DNA from: a virus
Taxonomy: Duplodnaviria > Caudoviricetes
Virus record (IMG/VR): IMGVR_UViG_3300006737_007029
Span: 1-56,152 of that record
Strand: one strand, 5' to 3'
DNA: 56,152 bases
The translations under genes and the position numbers were made by a program. Under the pieces are notes generated by a model. It did not search any database and had not been told where the DNA came from. It worked only from the letters and a program-made list of their open reading frames with translations. This document shows positions 54,177-56,152 of this stretch, piece by piece. The stretch's first letter is position 1; every line of letters starts with the position of its first letter.

Positions 54177-56135
54177 CTATAATCCTAATCCTTGATTTAA
54201 TCTACGTAATACCTTATTGTTTTTTCTCTTTTTATTATTATTAGCTATCTTGTCTATGGATACGTAACCGTTTGGTCCTCTATTGTTTTTGTTTTTGTAA
54301 CTTACATTTCTAGTAGATCTGCCTAGTGCATCGTCATTAAAGGATCCACCTTGTAGATTCAAACTGTTTGAAAGTCCTCTTGTAGCAGGAGCATTACCTG
54401 AGCCAGCAAATGGTGCGATTCCTTTTGCTGGGGAAATATATTTCTTATCATTTTCTTGTTCTCTGAATCTTGTCATTGTAATTGTTTGTTGGAAAACACC
54501 ACCTTCAAAATTAGACTCACATAATATTACTCTAAATTTTCCTTGGAAAAAAGCAGACAAATTAAGTCTCATCAATCCTGTGTCGTCATTAATATCAGAA
54601 GGATATCTTGCATTCAATTGTACTACAATATTATTTGCATCTGGAGATACAGACCCGTCTGGTTCTGTTTGTCCATCCGATGTCATTTGATTGTTGCCAG
54701 GATTAAGTGTTTTTTGTTCAATCCAGTAAGGATCTCCTAATATTGTGAGATCCACAACAATTAAATCTGCGGCAGGATCTTCTAAAATTTGTCTGAATAC
54801 ATCTGCCATTTCTCTATTGGCCGCAGGAGCATCTGGATTTGCAGTGTCAGTAGATTCTTGTGCTGTTGGCACTTTTGCCGCTGATGTTCCACCTTTGCCT
54901 AAAGAATTATCATCAAAACTTGGACCTTGATTAGATGTGCTTTCTTCCTCTAAATTATCGTCATCGTTTTTAAGTTTATTTTGCATGGCATCATAGTATC
55001 TGCCTGGTTGGAAATAAGCAAACTGATATTTTATATCTAGATTAAGCACATCTTTGTTTTCGCCTGTGTAGATATAATTGTAAGTTCTAACTGGCGATAC
55101 ATCGCTTGACTCTACTGCAATCTTTTGTTGTCTAAGTGAATAGCTAAATTTGTATTGCGGCTCGCCTAATCCGTTATCCAAATCTATTATTTCTGTGCTA
55201 GGCATTATTTTGATTGTGCTATAAATTTCATCTGTTGAATCATTCGAAGCATCAAACTGATTCAATATAAATTTAGAATTTTGTACTACATGAGTAAGAT
55301 ACTCCACAATAGATGTTCCTTTTTGAGCTGTGACTTTACGTGAAGCAGAATCACCGCCCCCTGGACCACCTGCAGGAGATGTGTTAATTGCCTGATTTGC
55401 CGATGCTCCGGGATCACCAAATCCTAATTTAGATTTTATTATGTCTGCAGAGGATCCTTCGATATCAAATTCATACAAGTGAGGTTTGACAACAACTTTG
55501 TCATCATCCTTTTTTACTTTATAATTTTCATTTAATCCAACAAAGAAATTTTGCACTAAAGTTTGTACATCGGTTCCAGTATGAATTACGGATTCATTTA
55601 GTTTGTCATATGCTGTTAGTTGCTGTATATAGTTGTAAGGCGCGGCCTGTATGTTGTATCTTCCGCCTCCTTCATCAATATCCAAATCAACTTTAAACAG
55701 CCTACAAGGAATATATCTTGTAGTTCCGGAAATTTTACGTGGCACACCATTGTCATCATTACCGACAAATTCAATTTTTAACACATACACTGCGGATAAA
55801 TGATTTTCATATCCTTGTTGCATCGCGGCTTGTATAAGAGCAGGGATCAAATCAACTCCTAATGGTTCTGTTATGTCAAAAAATACTTGGTATGCATTAG
55901 TGGCAAAAGCACTAGGGGTAGGAGCAACAGTGCTCCTTACTGTTAATCTTTCAATATAATAATCATATGATAATGGGCCTGTGCCTTGTCTTCCTTTACC
56001 GCCTGTCTTGGCAATAACAACTCCTGGATTTCTTCTGTATGACCCACTGTTGAATTGTTGTTTCGACACACAACTTAAGGTAATAACATAATTCATTGTT
56101 TCGAAATCCAACAAAGGATTGCCCCTAGCACCCAT
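54177..56135 (-). CDS. baseplate hub protein (gp27/GpD-like)
   Basis: NPLLDF..NYVITL, ITEPLG, YVLKIEFVG, RTYNYIYTGENKDVL, LTILGDPYW, GKFRVILCESNFEGGVFQQTI; GGAG RBS; abuts gp5. Confidence 0.7.
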   Translation of the reverse strand: MGARGNPLLDFETMNYVITLSCVSKQQFNSGSYRRNPGVVIAKTGGKGRQGTGPLSYDYYIERLTVRSTVAPTPSAFATNAYQVFFDITEPLGVDLIPALIQAAMQQGYENHLSAVYVLKIEFVGNDDNGVPRKISGTTRYIPCRLFKVDLDIDEGGGRYNIQAAPYNYIQQLTAYDKLNESVIHTGTDVQTLVQNFFVGLNENYKVKKDDDKVVVKPHLYEFDIEGSSADIIKSKLGFGDPGASANQAINTSPAGGPGGGDSASRKVTAQKGTSIVEYLTHVVQNSKFILNQFDASNDSTDEIYSTIKIMPSTEIIDLDNGLGEPQYKFSYSLRQQKIAVESSDVSPVRTYNYIYTGENKDVLNLDIKYQFAYFQPGRYYDAMQNKLKNDDDNLEEESTSNQGPSFDDNSLGKGGTSAAKVPTAQESTDTANPDAPAANREMADVFRQILEDPAADLIVVDLTILGDPYWIEQKTLNPGNNQMTSDGQTEPDGSVSPDANNIVVQLNARYPSDINDDTGLMRLNLSAFFQGKFRVILCESNFEGGVFQQTITMTRFREQENDKKYISPAKGIAPFAGSGNAPATRGLSNSLNLQGGSFNDDALGRSTRNVSYKNKNNRGPNGYVSIDKIANNNKKRKNNKVLRRLNQGLGL

Positions 56136-56152
56136 GTATCTCCGCGAGGCCA

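Noticed and set aside
1-56152. Stop-codon reassignment as in some large phages
   Set aside because: Standard-code ORFs tile the window, including a 4306-aa ORF, and TAA, TGA and TAG all end genes that abut or overlap the next start
1-56152. tRNA, rRNA or structured ncRNA genes
   Set aside because: All intergenic gaps are under about 90 nt and none shows a cloverleaf or extended structure

Overview
AT-rich, gene-dense segment of a large T4-distant (jumbo-type) myovirus genome, read with the standard genetic code. There are three blocks. (1) 1-3.7 kb: a MoxR-type AAA+ ATPase, a vWA/HExxH partner and small hypotheticals behind sigma70-type promoters. (2) About 3.7-23.7 kb: a ~20 kb sugar-biosynthesis and tailoring island made of two convergent operons. 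The + operon holds an SDR epimerase/reductase, a DegT-family aminotransferase and a DesII-like radical SAM deaminase. The - operon holds two GT8-like and one GT-A glycosyltransferase-like genes, five tandem N-terminal-twitch radical SAM enzymes, an SGNH-like protein, a 34-aa PFIY peptide, two GT10-like proteins, a NodU/CmcH carbamoyltransferase and a 1000-aa repeat protein with a GT-A-like end. (3) About 23.7-56 kb: a contractile-tail baseplate and fibre module (hub, gp5 spike, PAAR, gp25, gp6-like, a 4306-aa wedge protein, several fibres). The most notable candidate system is phage-encoded virion glycosylation: the island abuts the tail genes, whose products are unusually rich in D-S-[S/T] tripeptides that resemble a known bacterial O-glycosylation sequon. 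All family calls come from motif recognition by eye; no database search was run.
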